Shown: positions 13,955 through 28,801, counted from the first letter of the stretch. The stretch is 64,000 nt of DNA from Eledone cirrhosa (GCA_964016885.1 OZ024743.1:13826001-13890000); one strand, 5' to 3'. Notes: generated from the letters alone by a model not told the origin. Numbers and translations: made by a program.

Positions 13955-14229
13955 AGAAGTTACATTTAATTTATTGGGATACAACAAGCAAATATTTTTA
14001 TAACTGATATAAAGCACTCAACAAAGTATTGGAGTGAAAATACGATATATTAACACATCTTCCAACAGATATGGTCGCATTCTTTAAGGGTATGTCAATA
14101 TTTATTTATAAAACTGATCTATATTATATTTTATCTGATGAAAGCGCAATATAATTTGACTTGGTATCCTTGAAATATGTATAATGACATAAATATGGTT
14201 TAATAAATATAGTTTCCATTTGATAATAT

Positions 14230-14234
<5 letters not shown>
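13951..14234. mobile_element. PLE pLTR fragment, family C (tail on minus strand, inverted HHR-bearing arm)
   Basis: Homologous to 18074-18498 and 49632-49895. Lies between (TA)n tracts. Confidence 0.75.
14127..14191 (+). ncRNA. Type I hammerhead ribozyme (family C)
   Basis: tattttat CTGATGA aag..ctt GAAA t atgt ATA atgacata. Stem I has one mismatch. Confidence 0.7.
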
Positions 14235-14285
<51 letters not shown>

Positions 14286-14309
14286 TATATAGTTATATAT
14301 ATATATAGT

Positions 14310-14409
<100 letters not shown>

Positions 14410-14430
14410 TATATATATATATATATATAG

Positions 14431-14469
<39 letters not shown>

Positions 14470-14495
14470 TATAAATATATATATATATAGTTATA

Positions 14496-14593
14496 GGAAC
14501 CAGTAAGACCCCCATTACCCACTCTACTACCTCAAGTATTGAGTACTTTGGTGCGTTATGGTCCACCTGGTTCCTTACCACATTTCCTTCGTT
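14496..14593 (+). mobile_element. Family A mini-element (tail plus short inverted arm)
   Basis: ATTACCCACTCTACTACCTCAAGTATTGAGTACTTTGGTGCG...CCTTCGTT, shared with five other copies. In (TA)n. Confidence 0.8.
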
Positions 14594-14641
14594 ATATATA
14601 GTTATATATATATATATAGTTATATATATATATATATATAG

Positions 14642-15563
<922 letters not shown>

Positions 15564-15564
15564 T

Positions 15565-16300
15565 AGTTATCGTTATAGGTAATCCAGTTGGAGGTAATCC
15601 GGTTAGTGTACTCTACGTCGTGGATAGTTTTTACGTACGGCTTTGTTTGACTCAACAAGATGTTTTCCCAGTTATGCAGCGAGTTTGCAGTAATTTCTAT
15701 GCAGGTTATACTTGGAGTAATAAAAGTTAAAGAAAGAAGAGTAACATGATTGGCTGTATAATAAGGGCTTTATTTAAAGTACTGACAATTGTTTCGTCGA
15801 TCAGGTGTGTCTAGAGTTCGCTAATCGCCTGAGGTTGCATCAATCGATCTCCAATACATTGTTTACAACTTGTCAACACACCAGAGCACGTAGATATGAA
15901 CATAATTCACTCGAGGCAAGACTTATATAGAGGAGTAGCGTAAAACAAAACAATAAACTCAATAATAGAACAGCGTATAATTAAAACAATAACATCAATA
16001 GTAAAACATGTATGGTAAATAGAGAGAGAAGTTACAGATGTAAAAAGTGACAAGTAAGATGTAATGTAGGGTACATTAAAGAATAATAATAATAATAGGA
16101 AAATACAAAGAAATAAACGAAATGAAAGAGTGATATATTGTACTTAGAGTTAGACTTTAGTAGTTCTTAATATAGTGTTCCTTGGTGCTAACATGAGCGG
16201 CAATATTTTAGAAGTAGATAACTTTGTGTGGAGGGTCCGGTAAAATAGAAGACAGTAAAATATAGATTAATTGATGTATACTATTTATAGGTTGACAGGT
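15565..16300 (-). mobile_element. Family J PLE-like terminus (copy 1)
   Basis: Homologous to 16860-17180. Minus strand has GAAACAATTGTC (HHR 3' half) and TACTCC...TTGTTGAGT. Confidence 0.5.
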
Positions 16301-16306
16301 CATTTG

Positions 16307-16414
<108 letters not shown>

Positions 16415-16429
16415 ATATATATATATACA

Positions 16430-16838
16430 ATGATATTAGATAAATGGAAACTATATTATAAAACCATATTTATTCTATTATATATATTTCAAGGGTACCA
16501 CATTTTAGATAAAATACACAATTTGTTTAATAAATATTGACATATTCAGATCTTAACCTATCAAGTTTTTCCTGGGTAAACTTAAACCGTTAAGATCTTC
16601 CTGGATATATCAATATTTATAAAATAAATTTTCTCTTTTATCTGATGAGAGCGTACCAAAGTTTTGGTAACCTTGAAATATATGTAATAGAATAAATAAG
16701 GTTTGATAAATATAGTTTCCATGTATTTAATATCATTGAATATTATACCCCAGAAACATATCGAATGCTTCGAATCGGTTATAAACATTTATATTTGTTG
16801 AATTACCAACAAAATAATTAAATAAATATCCCTTTCGC
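16430..16838. mobile_element. Family C fold-back insertion (diverged)
   Basis: 16430-16550 is an imperfect inverted copy of ~16605-16735, followed by a unique tail. In (TA)n. Confidence 0.65.
16634..16694 (+). ncRNA. Type I hammerhead ribozyme (family C)
   Basis: tcttttat CTGATGA ...tacca..tggta.. GAAA t atat GTA atagaata. Confidence 0.65.
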
Positions 16839-16859
16839 TTATATATATATATACGGGGT

Positions 16860-17185
16860 AACAAATAATAGTTATATGCAGTCCACTTAGGTGTAGTCCA
16901 GTTATGGTATTCCGGGTAGTGGATGATATCAACGCTTGGCTTGGTTTGACTCAACAAGGCGTTTTCATAGTGATGTTGCGAGTATGCTGTAATTCCTATG
17001 TTGTAAACACTTGGAGTAATAATAAATCAGGAAAGAAGATTGACATGGTTTGCTATACAAAAAAGGTTTTTAATCTCATTGCTGACAATTGTTTCTCTGA
17101 ACTGGTAGGTCTAGAGATCGCTATTCGCTTGTTTTCACGTTACTCGATCGCCAATACAAAATTATAACCAGTCAGTTCTTCGGAG
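16860..17185 (-). mobile_element. Family J PLE-like terminus (copy 2)
   Basis: Diverged homologue of 15565-15870. Confidence 0.5.
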
Positions 17186-17210
17186 TATGCTCTCTCTCTC
17201 TCTCTATCTA

Positions 17211-17256
<46 letters not shown>

Positions 17257-17296
17257 CGATATTAATAAATGGAAACTATATTTATAAAACCATATT

Positions 17297-17361
17297 TATT
17301 TCATTATACATATTTCAGGGATACCACATTAAATTATGGTATGCCTTCATCAGATAAAATA
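17297..17361 (-). ncRNA. Type I hammerhead ribozyme (family C)
   Basis: Minus strand: tattttat CTGATGA aggcataccataatttaatgtggtatccct GAAA t atgt ATA atgaaata. Stems I and II pair. Confidence 0.85.
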
Positions 17362-17572
17362 CAATATATAACAGTTTTACAAATAGGTTTGACGTATGGA
17401 AACATGGCATATATATACATATGAAATGTTATATGCATGTATGCGTATGCTCACCTAAATAGAAGTTCTTCCGTATGTGCATATTATATTTATATGCGTA
17501 TTTATTATTTTTATGTACGGATGTGAATTTAAGGCAGAAGTTGCAACATATATATATATATATATATATAGA

Positions 17573-17748
<176 letters not shown>

Positions 17749-17789
17749 ACATATATATATATAATATAATATATATATATATATATATT

Positions 17790-18041
17790 TCAGTTTAGTA
17801 GTCAGTTACAAATATTAAGCTCTAAGAAAATACTTCTGAGCATTACATAATAATTTAAAAAATAATTAAAAAAAATATATGATCAACACTACTGTGTTTT
17901 TTTTGCAAAATGACAATAATTTTTTAGCCAGATAGAAATACCTTAATTAAGGTATTTCTATCTGGCTAAAAAATTATTGTCATTTTGCAAAAAAAACACA
18001 GTAGTGTTGATCATATATTTTTTTTAATTATTTTTTAAATC

Positions 18042-18043
<2 letters not shown>
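17790..18043 (-). repeat. Near-perfect ~190-bp palindrome plus tail (fold-back mini-element)
   Basis: Arms centred on CCTTAATTAAGG (~17946). Tail 17790-17853 has GCTC...GAGC on the minus strand. Confidence 0.8.
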
Positions 18044-18073
<30 letters not shown>

Positions 18074-18114
18074 CGATATTAAATAAATGGAAATTATATT
18101 TATAAAACCATATT

Positions 18115-18180
18115 TATTTCATTATATATATTTCAGGGATTTCATATTAAAAATATGTTATGCCTTCTTCAGACAAAATA
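18115..18180 (-). ncRNA. Type I hammerhead ribozyme (family C, inverted arm)
   Basis: Reverse complement of 18303-18368 with one change in stem II. Confidence 0.8.
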
Positions 18181-18302
18181 CAATATAAACAGTCTTATAA
18201 ATAGATAGATTCGACATACCTTTCAACATCGACTTGTATTTGAAAAGTTGTCGATGTTGAAAGGTATGTCGAATCTATCTATTTATAAGACTGTTTATAT
18301 TG

Positions 18303-18368
18303 TATTTTGTCTGAAGAAGGCATAACATATTTTTAATATGATATCCCTGAAATATATATAATGAAATA
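18303..18368 (+). ncRNA. Type I hammerhead ribozyme (family C)
   Basis: tattttgt CTGAAGA agg..cct GAAA t atat ATA atgaaata. Palindromic minimal stem III. Confidence 0.8.
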
Positions 18369-20796
18369 AATATGGTTTTATAAATATAATTTCCATTTAT
18401 TTAATATCGTAAATATACTCCAAATACTTGTTGAGTGCTTTTATATCAGTTATAAATATTTACTCGTTGTAACCCAACAATTTAAATATAACTTTCCATA
18501 TATATATATATATATATTTATATAACATATATATGTATAATATAATATATATACATATATATATATATATAATATATATATATATAATATTCTATATAAT
18601 ATGTGTATATATATACAAAACACACACACACGAAACAACCTCCCATATATATATATACACCCATACATGAAAACTTTCAAATGATCGGATATTTACAATA
18701 TTACATGTGCAGACATATGCATCAAATTCAGGAAATTTGTGCAGAGGCCATGCATACAATTATTAACATACGTTATACGTATATACACAAATACATAAAT
18801 ACAGGAATTGAGGAAAACAGTAAAAACATGCTTGGTTAAATAAATGTGGAATATATGTGGTAGCATTCTTTGAATTTTCAACGTTTGAAGTTTTGGAAAC
18901 AGAGAAATATAGGAATATGTAAATATAATCACGACATGCAAGTAACGTAATACAAGACATGAAATAGAAAACTTTCAATGTACGCAGACTATTAAATTAC
19001 AAAGGGCTTGAAAATTGAAATATATAACAATAGAAACATGCGAATATAAATCAGGAGGCGCCGAAGAATGAAATGCTAAAATTTAAAATTGATAGTTTTT
19101 AAAGGGGTAAATCTTGAGCTGCAAAACACAGCATGCAAAATTCACAAATCTTGAAATTAGTAGTAGAATTATGATAGAAGAAAAAGACAGAACGGTAGGA
19201 GTACAAATGATCACACACATCATGACTTCCAAATAATGAATTAGAAATTATAGCGTTAGAGAGGAACAAGGTTGCAAAATTTGAAAGTCCAGAGTTCACG
19301 CTTGTGACAGTATCACACCGATAAAAATGTGTTACAAATACCAACATCTTGCACCGTATGCGTATGGATGCATGGATGGAACTCAGTTCTGGATGTCGAC
19401 AAAGAATGTGTGTGGGAAATGTGTATGGGAACATGATGTATGCTTATAATCTTAGATTTGAAATGGTAATTCTATTGGCTTTAACAAGATACAATTGCTT
19501 TATTGTTTAATAGTTTGTTGGACTGATATGGTGCACTTTGGTCATATTCTCAGTGCTGCAAGTGTTTTAAGTTCTAATTTGCTTAAAAGCTTTCGCACAG
19601 CCGTGTCTCTGCTCTTTCTTTAATGAGCATAAGCGTACCGAGAACTGCTCTACTTCTTGTTCGTGAATGAGAAGACATGTTTGTATGAAATCATTTCAAA
19701 ATCTGCTCCGTTAAGCCCATGTAAGGTATACTTCTGGTACAATGATATAGCGTGCAATATGATGGTGATATAATGTAGTTCTGTAGGGACAGGGTTTTAG
19801 TTTAGTTGAGGTAAACCAAATGGTCTTATCTGTTTTTGACTATTTTTAATTTAATAAGATTCGGTGTTTTGCATGCAGAATTGTGACGGACGTTTGATAT
19901 CTTTTTTTACGTTTAATCGCAATGCAGGGTGTTCTAATTGCAAATATTATGGAGCTAAATATTAAAGTGCAGAGTGGAAATACGCATATGAAAGTCCCAA
20001 TTCTGATATGGAAGTGAGGCAAAACCTATATATTAGTATCTTAGTTTCGCAGAGTTGACATTCTTAAGAGTAAGTTATACATAGATATTATCGTATATCA
20101 TGTACAAATGCAATGTATCGATTAGCAATGCCTTTTTTTGTACTTTTAGGGCGACTCCGGCAAAGATGTTAGGGCGTATATCAATTCATGAGTGGATTCC
20201 TTAGAACTAAAAATCGTAAAGTAGCCTACACATCCGATTGCTTTGAATGTGTCTATATTGTTTTTTCATTGAGTGTTTTGTTGTCCTTTCCACTGATACG
20301 TGATTATTGAATATAATTTGTATTATACTGCCATTAGATGCCATATATTTAATGAAGCAGATGTAGTTTCAATGCTTCAAGTTCCTGCTCCTAGCGAAGT
20401 CATTATTCTAATAACATCCGGCTTTCTACACAAGAGAGTGATATTGTACGTGGATTATTGATGTAGGAAATGTGTAACCAGAGCATAATTAGCTGAGGGA
20501 TTATTGTAACCATCATTCATTCAAGCACTTTATTAGTGTCACTCTTCATAGTTTATACTGAACATATGCTACTATATATGTATATATATATATATATACA
20601 TATATAAATCAGATTTAAATTAAATCTGCCTTCCTAAAAACAACTAATCTCCGACCGATCCTTTAAGACCTTCACAGGAATACTCCCGTGAAAATATAAA
20701 CCCCAAAATATTTGGGATAATTAAATTTGCTAAGGTCGTTATCTTGACACCTTTAATGCATTGTATGGCTTTTCAAATTATTTAGATTTAGATTTC

Positions 20797-20875
<79 letters not shown>

Positions 20876-21214
20876 AACGGAGAAAGCTAATAGCGATACT
20901 CCGGCCAAATTCTAACAAACATTCAACAAACCTTAGGAAATATCTGAGTATATTCCTAATTAAACGTTCGGACTACTAACTATATTGTATTGTGTGGAGA
21001 ATTGGCTGTATCATTTCATATGAGATATATCAAATATATCACTTCCCAGACGACTCGAGTGATTATAAGATTTCTACAAGTTGGGTGAAATTATACCAAA
21101 TTATGTAGAAGCTTGTATCAGATCAACAGATACTTACACAAGTGGGCTCTTATAATTTTTCAGTTGGTGCCCAATAATATTAATATTGATTACCAAATCA
21201 ACATCAATAGTTAT

Positions 21215-21287
<73 letters not shown>

Positions 21288-21543
21288 ATAACAAAATATT
21301 GTTATAGATAATCCAATTAGAGGTTGTGAATACTTCTTATTATGGATAGTAACTTTGCCGGATACATATATATATTTTTTAACAGTTTCCGAAGATCTAA
21401 TAAAGTTAACATCGTATTAAAAATTGAGTGGCACTGCTTTTAGTGTTCAGCAATTTTTAGACAACTCTATCAGTGAAACAATTGTTAGTCTGCAAATAAA
21501 TCCCCTTTTTTGTACTGTTGATCATTTTATTTTCCACTTTTTC

Positions 21544-21614
<71 letters not shown>

Positions 21615-21616
<2 letters not shown>

Positions 21617-21804
21617 AGTAAGTAAGACCCCGACGGCTGAGCTCAAGCCGTTTCGACGGCTAATTCAGTACAGAATTAGCCGTCGAAACGGCTTGAGCTC
21701 AGCCGTCGGGGTCTTACTTAGTCCTATTACCCACTCTACTACCCTAAGTATTGAGTACTTTGGTGCGTTTTGGTCCACCTGGTTCCTTACCACTTTTCCC
21801 TCGC
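21615..21804 (+). mobile_element. Family A fold-back mini-element
   Basis: ~110-bp palindrome centred at ~21669 containing GAAACGGCTTGAGCTCAGCCGTC (HHR stem III + GUC), plus ~80-bp tail. In (TA)n. Confidence 0.85.
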
Positions 21805-21823
21805 TATATATATATATATATAT

Positions 21824-21915
<92 letters not shown>

Positions 21916-22437
21916 GTGTGTGTGTGTTCGTGTGTGTGCGTATGTGTGTGCGAATTAAAAACGTAAGCAAATTTATATTTAAACAGGAAAACAATAACAA
22001 TTGTCGAGGAGTAAACATACAGATTATAATACAAATACTATATAGTATTTAATTTGGCTCTTAAAACTTGACATAAATAAACATTATAGGAATCAAGTTA
22101 GAACTTACAAATCTAATGATACTAATTAAGTTAAAATAATATTAAAATTGGTAATAATTTAACAATCATTAGAACGACTTCAATATTAAGAAATATTGCT
22201 GTAAAATTTACTGCCACTTTTTAATACTGTGAATAGACACACACACACGCGCGCGCGCGCGCGCACACACACATACACACACACACACAGAAACACACAC
22301 ACAGAAACACACACACACATACACACATACATGTGAGTGTGTGTGTCTATACACACATACACACATGTGTATGTGTGTGTCCACATAAATGCGTGTACAT
22401 GTGTATGTAGATGCATGCATATATATATATATATATA

Positions 22438-23188
22438 TACAAGTTAATATAAATTAATATATGATAAACACCTAAGTGTTTGTATTGTAAAAGACGAAGT
22501 TAGCTAGAATGAAATAAACTAATTCAAATAATTCAAATAAATATAGCTTGCCTGTATCGATGTAAAATAATAAATCAATATACACAAACTCATACTGGTA
22601 AATAGCCGTGGTACCTGGACAAATTTAAATTTCAAAATTCAAACCTTTTCCGCAGATCAATCTGAACTTCAAAATCCAAACAAGTTTCGCAAACGATGGT
22701 ATAAAAAGTGAAATAATCGATCTTCTGTGCTTATCAACAGGTACCCAGAAAAATTAGGTTACTTCACCTCGAAAAAATTTTGAAGGTCTGGTTTACGAGC
22801 ACAAAACCGAGTGCACAAAACGGAGTGCAAAACCTCGTGCGTTTTGTGCTCGTAAACCAGACCTTCAAAATTTTTTCGAGGCAAAATTTTTTCGAGGTGA
22901 AGTAACCACAACATTTTTTCGAGGTGAAGTAACCACTTCGAGATGAAGTACCACGGCTATTTGCCAATATGAGTTTGTGTATATTGATTTATTATTTTAA
23001 ATCGATACAGGCAAGCTATATTTATTTGAATTATTTGAATTAGTTTATTTCATTCTAGCTAACTTCGTGTTTTACAATACAAACACTTAGGTGTTTATCA
23101 TATATTAATTTATATTAACTTATATTTCACGGCTTAGAAATGCTTCTTTCTTTGAGCTAATTAATTGTAAATGACTCTAAATATATTA

Positions 23189-23190
<2 letters not shown>
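22438..23190 (+). mobile_element. Family D fold-back element
   Basis: 22438-22615 is inverted relative to ~22947-23122. Internal palindrome ~22767-22880. Tail CACGGCTTAG...TTTGAGCT. Minus strand 22625-22700 encodes LVWILKFRLICGKGLNFEI*. Confidence 0.75.
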
Positions 23191-23274
<84 letters not shown>

Positions 23275-23591
23275 CTAAAGCATTTTAAATTGTGCGATTC
23301 GGATCGTAAATCCACCTATAAATATATACATATTCTATGATGATGATGATGTGTGTATATATGAAAATTACAAAGAAATAGTAAAACAAACAAACACACC
23401 AAACTGAAGTAACGTATTCGTTTAACGCTTGATACTTTAAGAAATGTGTCGTTACATTTCGGACTCATATGACAAAGTAGAATGAGAAAGAAAAGTGTAA
23501 GTAGGAATATAGAAGCTGAGCAAAGGAGGGAAAGGAATAGCAATTTGAGAAAGCACGCGCACATACAGTCATATATATGTAGCCCCCACCC

Positions 23592-23651
<60 letters not shown>

Positions 23652-24207
23652 ATGTGTTAGGTAATTCCGAAGGAAAAGCAAAGGAAAAAAGAGTGCTATG
23701 TGGAGAACAGAGCTATTTAATTAGAAAGTGAACAATACAAAATATAACTAATCCATTACCAAAGATTTCTGCATACCAGACAATAATAATATACCTCTGA
23801 ATCTGTCGTCAGAAAGAGATGTTATGGATGAAAGATTTGAAATGTGATTTAAAATCAGTTAAAAATTGGAAGTGAGGCTGGAAAAATAACGGGAAATATA
23901 CATAGGAAAAGAAGGGCAAGAAAAATAATATATAGATATATATATAGCAATACAGAAAAGGATATGTATACATACATATACACACGCATACACACATTCA
24001 GATAAAAGTAAAATATATATATGTATATATATGTATGTATAGTATATTTGGCAATATACCGTATGTTTAAATAAACACATTTTGAAGACCATACGCTATC
24101 CGTTTTAAAGTGGTGACTATTTCACGTCTTTTCGGCGAAAGAAGGGAGAGAAGCTAACAGTCTGTTCACGCCGTTTCACCTTTATTAACATTGAATTAAA
24201 AATCGAT

Positions 24208-24266
<59 letters not shown>

Positions 24267-24276
24267 ATATAGAAAT

Positions 24277-24327
24277 GGCTTCTACAGGACTAGAACTGTT
24301 TCATTCGGAGGAAATCATCAGAAAGCC
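24277..24327 (-). ncRNA. Type I hammerhead ribozyme (family B), complete
   Basis: Minus strand: ggcttt CTGATGA tttcctccgaat GAAA cag ttctagtc ct GTA gaagcc. Stems I and III pair; stem II short. Confidence 0.85.
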
Positions 24328-24406
24328 GACTGTCAATTAAAATTTCTGGTATTTATACATTTTGCCATGGTAAGGGAAGGGTAGTAGTTGTATATATATG
24401 TGTATT

Positions 24407-24476
<70 letters not shown>

Positions 24477-24495
24477 TATACTGTGTGTATGTATG

Positions 24496-24527
<32 letters not shown>

Positions 24528-24546
24528 CTAATATATGTATATACAA

Positions 24547-24656
<110 letters not shown>

Positions 24657-24763
24657 AACATGGGGAGAAGAGTACTGCATGGTTGCACAGGGATTACATA
24701 TTATAAAATTAGTCCCTCATCAGTATTTGTGTAAGTGTATGTGTATGTATATATGTGTGTATA

Positions 24764-24801
<38 letters not shown>

Positions 24802-24817
24802 TGTATATGTGTGTACG

Positions 24818-24862
<45 letters not shown>

Positions 24863-24920
24863 GTGTGTGTTTGTATATGTAGACATATATGTATGTGTAT
24901 ATATATATATATATATATAT

Positions 24921-25121
24921 CACGGAGGAAGTGTGGTAAGGAACCAGATGGACCTTAACGCACCAAAGTACTCAATACTTAGGTTAGTAGAGTGGGTAAT
25001 AGGAACGAGTGGGACCCCGACGGCTGAGCTCAAGCCGTTTCAACGGCTAATTCTGGACTAGAATTAGTCCAGAATTAGCCGTCAAAACGGCTTGAGCTCA
25101 GCCATCGGGGTCCCACTCGTT

Positions 25122-25123
<2 letters not shown>
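24921..25123 (-). mobile_element. Family A fold-back mini-element
   Basis: Reverse-oriented copy, palindrome 25002-25123, tail 24921-25000. Confidence 0.85.
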
Positions 25124-25156
<33 letters not shown>

Positions 25157-26191
25157 CTGAATGTGTGTGTATGTATGTGTGTATATGTACACACACATAT
25201 ATATATATACACACACACATGTGTGTATGTGTGTCTGTAAATAGATTATGTAAGTGTATATATGTAATTATGTGCGTGTGTGTGTGTGTGTGTGTAACCC
25301 ATAAATAAGTAACAATCTAGAAATTAGTTATAACATCATATGATAGGCACTTATTTGAAACACCATTAATGTAATTTAGGATAATAAATTTAACTAAGAA
25401 AACCAGCTAGTTACCTCCCATTACGCATTAATTCCCCTTGGTCATACAGACACTTCCGGAATATAATATCATCACACAAAACTAAACAACATGATCTATT
25501 AATTAAGAATCGACAAGATACGGTTTATAACTTGGTTATATGCTGAACCATCATGAATTATATGATAGACCCGTGTTCTATATATTGCGTCTCATGGATT
25601 ATGCGAGTGGTGGTGTGAGCGAAGACAGTGGTACTGTTTTGCCTACGATATAATATGGTTTATAATATGTTTGAAATTTTTGATATTTTTTGATATTTTG
25701 GTGTTTCTCTACATTCGGGACTGTATATCATACAGGTGTATGCGAATAAATGATTTAATAATTCAGCCCACATAATAATATCGATTGCCTGCTTCAACTG
25801 CCTGACCCTGCTAATAAAATTCTGACGCACTCTAATCCTGTATAAATAAGACACGCCTGCATGCTACACGTGAGATTGTTTCATACACTGACTACTCTAA
25901 ACTTTCCTCTTGCTTTATCTTCATCGACTGCCAATGCTTCATTTTTATTTTCATTTTTATTTTTATTTTTATCCTTTAACCTTTATATGTAAATTCCCAT
26001 GCTATATCATTTTGATGGATGTCATTCCACTGTGGATCAATATGTGCATATATTTTATATGTCTCTTGTGTTGAAAAGGAGGTCAAGTATGTTATGGATC
26101 ACTAAATAGTTGCCCGAAGAATCCAAACCTCGGCCTGGAGGAAACAATTGTAAGCAAATAAATGATTTAAACTGAACTTTGATTATTGTAA

Positions 26192-26223
<32 letters not shown>

Positions 26224-26283
26224 ATAAAATAACAGATTAAAGTTTCAGAAGATCCCGTTAAAGGAGAAAGCAGCGATTCTTTG

Positions 26284-26321
<38 letters not shown>

Positions 26322-26348
26322 TTGATGTGTTTATTTTATATGTATATA

Positions 26349-26388
<40 letters not shown>

Positions 26389-26646
26389 GTGATGTGTCTA
26401 TTTTATATGTATATTTGTACATATATATATATATATATATATATGTGTGGATAAATCTACCAAAATATACGGTTGTGTCCAATCCGTATGAAGAACGCAA
26501 TGTAGTCCAAATATGAAAAAAGATGCATTCAAAAATTTTCGATGAAAATCAAAGGAAAACAGAGTCAATAAAAACAGTCAATAAAAACAGAGTTAATAAA
26601 AAACAATAAATAAAAACAAAGAACAAGTTCCTTATACTAAAAAATT

Positions 26647-26782
26647 CATCATTTTACGATCGTTTCTAGGATATATATGTGTGTTGGTATGTATATCATA
26701 TAGATCTATGTAAAAATATTACAAACTATCAGAGGAAATATACATACCTTCACATATATATATGCTGTCTTCAGAAATAATG
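26647..26782 (-). ncRNA. Type I hammerhead ribozyme, long stem II (Naiad pLTR, inverted arm)
   Basis: Near-exact reverse complement of 28616-28749. Confidence 0.75.
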
Positions 26783-27094
26783 AGATTTGTTTATTGAAAA
26801 AAACAAACAAAGATTTAATATAATAGTCTGTTTGGGAACAGGTTTTGGATTGACTAATAGAAAAGTAGTAAGATGTCAAGTTGATAGAATAGTAGTAGTA
26901 GAAATTTAATTAAGGGTAGAGGAATGCAGACTTATGTTTTGAATGGAAAGAATACTTTGAATGAAAATAATACTTTGGGGATGAAAAGAGGTCAAGCCGG
27001 TGAAGGATACACGAAAATTTGATGTTATTAAATAATAATGTTAATGTTAAAACCGAAGAAGAGTAAAATTTAATACTAACTCTCTTAGTAAACA

Positions 27095-27907
27095 TCCTGA
27101 TACATCGTAGAAATATAACATCGAAAACGTAATAGACGAGTTACTTGGTATAATGCTCCATATAATCTACAAATTAAAGATAATATCCCTAAAACATTTT
27201 TACTATCCTTGAGAAAAAATTCCCGCCAAACCATAAATACCATCAAATTTTAAATAGATCAATAGTCAAATTTTTCTACTCCACTACCAAAAATATACAA
27301 CATATAAGTGCGTACAATGCATATAAATGTAAAAAAAAACATGAATATACCACCAACACATCAAACCAACCATAATACTAAAATAAACTGCAACAAACTA
27401 CCATGTCCTTCACATATAACAAGTCGAGTAAATTCCACACCAAATTTGACTAACTCCCCTGATATAATATTCACGAATGGTTGCAACTGTAGAAACAAAA
27501 GAAATTGCCCATTAAAGGGAAATTGTCTTATTAATAACGTAGTATATACATGTAAAATTAGCACTAAGGACTCAGCTTATTCATATATAGGAGCTACGTC
27601 TAACCAATTTAAAGTAAGATTTAATACCCACAAACATAGTTTTAAACATGCCGCATTAACTAATACAATATCCTTGGCTGAAACAATTAATAATTATTGA
27701 AAAAAGAATATCGATTACAACCTGACCTGGAGTGTGCTCAAAAGGGACACCCCTTATCAAAATAACAGATATGAGTGTAGATTATGCTCCCAGGAACTCT
27801 TTGAAATAAAGAAATCTAAGGATATGCTATTAAATAAGCGACAAGAATTAATTATATGTTGCAATCATAGAATTAGAAGAACTTTCAAATATTATAAACC
27901 TAATTAA
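27095..27907 (+). pseudogene. Naiad PLE GIY-YIG endonuclease remnant
   Basis: RNRRVTWYN, CNCRNKRNCPLKGNCL, YSYIGATSNQFKVRFNTH, CRLC, LLNKRQEL..C.H. Contains frameshifts. Confidence 0.88.
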
Positions 27908-28615
27908 TATACACCTTACACTTATATTTTACATATTATTATAAATAGTTTTTTTAAATTTAGTTAACCTATAATTAGTACTTTACTACAGAGAACTTCA
28001 TAATTTTATTTCCCTCTTACAGCTCTCTTTTACTAAAATTAATACCTAAAAGTATACATATAAATTAATTTAATTTCCTGTTATGAATCTAGATTCCTTG
28101 TAGTCTATATTAGATTGGTATATCTCACTACTACACTTATCGCCAAATGTTATTTTCCTTCGTTTTTAACAACAATCTTTAATAACATCTAATTCTTATT
28201 TATCACATCCATATGAATTAATATAAATTTATCCCTATAAGTATACATATCAATTAATTTAATTTCTTGTTATAGATCTAAATTCGCTGTGTTTTAAATA
28301 AGATTGGTATTTCTCACTAATACCTTTACCCTAAAATTTTACTCTCCTTCGGTTTTAACATTAACATTATCCTTTAATAACATCAAATTTTCGTGTACCC
28401 TTGACCTCTTTTCATCCCCAAAGTATTCTTTTCATTCAAAGTATTCTTTCCATTCAAAACATAAGTCTGCATTCCTCTACCCCTTAATTAAATTTCTACT
28501 ACTACTATTCTATCAACTTGACCTCTTACTACTTTTCTATTGGTCAATTCAAAACCTGTTCCCAAACAGACCTATTATATTAAATCTTTGTTGTTTTTTT
28601 TCAATAAACAAATCT

Positions 28616-28749
28616 CATTATTTCTGAAGACAGCATATATATGTGAAGGTATGTATATTTCCTCTGATAGTTTGTAATATTTTTACATAGATCTACATGA
28701 TATACATACCAACACACATATATATCCTAGAAACGATCGTAAAATGATG
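28616..28749 (+). ncRNA. Type I hammerhead ribozyme, long stem II (Naiad pLTR)
   Basis: cattattt CTGAAGA [~100-nt hairpin] GAAA c gatc GTA aaatgatg. Palindromic stem III ACGATCGT. Confidence 0.75.
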
Positions 28750-28801
28750 AATTTTTTAATATAAGGAACTTGTTCTTTGTTTTTATTCATTGTTTTTATT
28801 A

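Larger units (their letters stand above)
18074..18498 (+). mobile_element. Family C fold-back element: ~335-bp palindrome carrying two HHRs plus ~88-bp tail
   Basis: 18074-~18235 is the reverse complement of ~18246-18411. Tail starts AATATACTCCAAATACTTGTTGAGTGC. Confidence 0.85.

Noticed and set aside
17850-18411. Palindromes as amplification or assembly fold-back artefacts
   Set aside because: Arms carry mismatches, recur as families at several loci and end at a consistent motif. Long-read confirmation is still advisable.
19000-20560. Old I/Jockey-like LINE relic on the minus strand
   Set aside because: Only faint motif echoes; cannot be supported without a profile search.
21615-21725. MITE/DNA transposon or pre-miRNA interpretation of family A hairpins
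   Set aside because: The inverted repeat is not terminal (one-sided tail), its length varies per copy, and it contains a hammerhead half.
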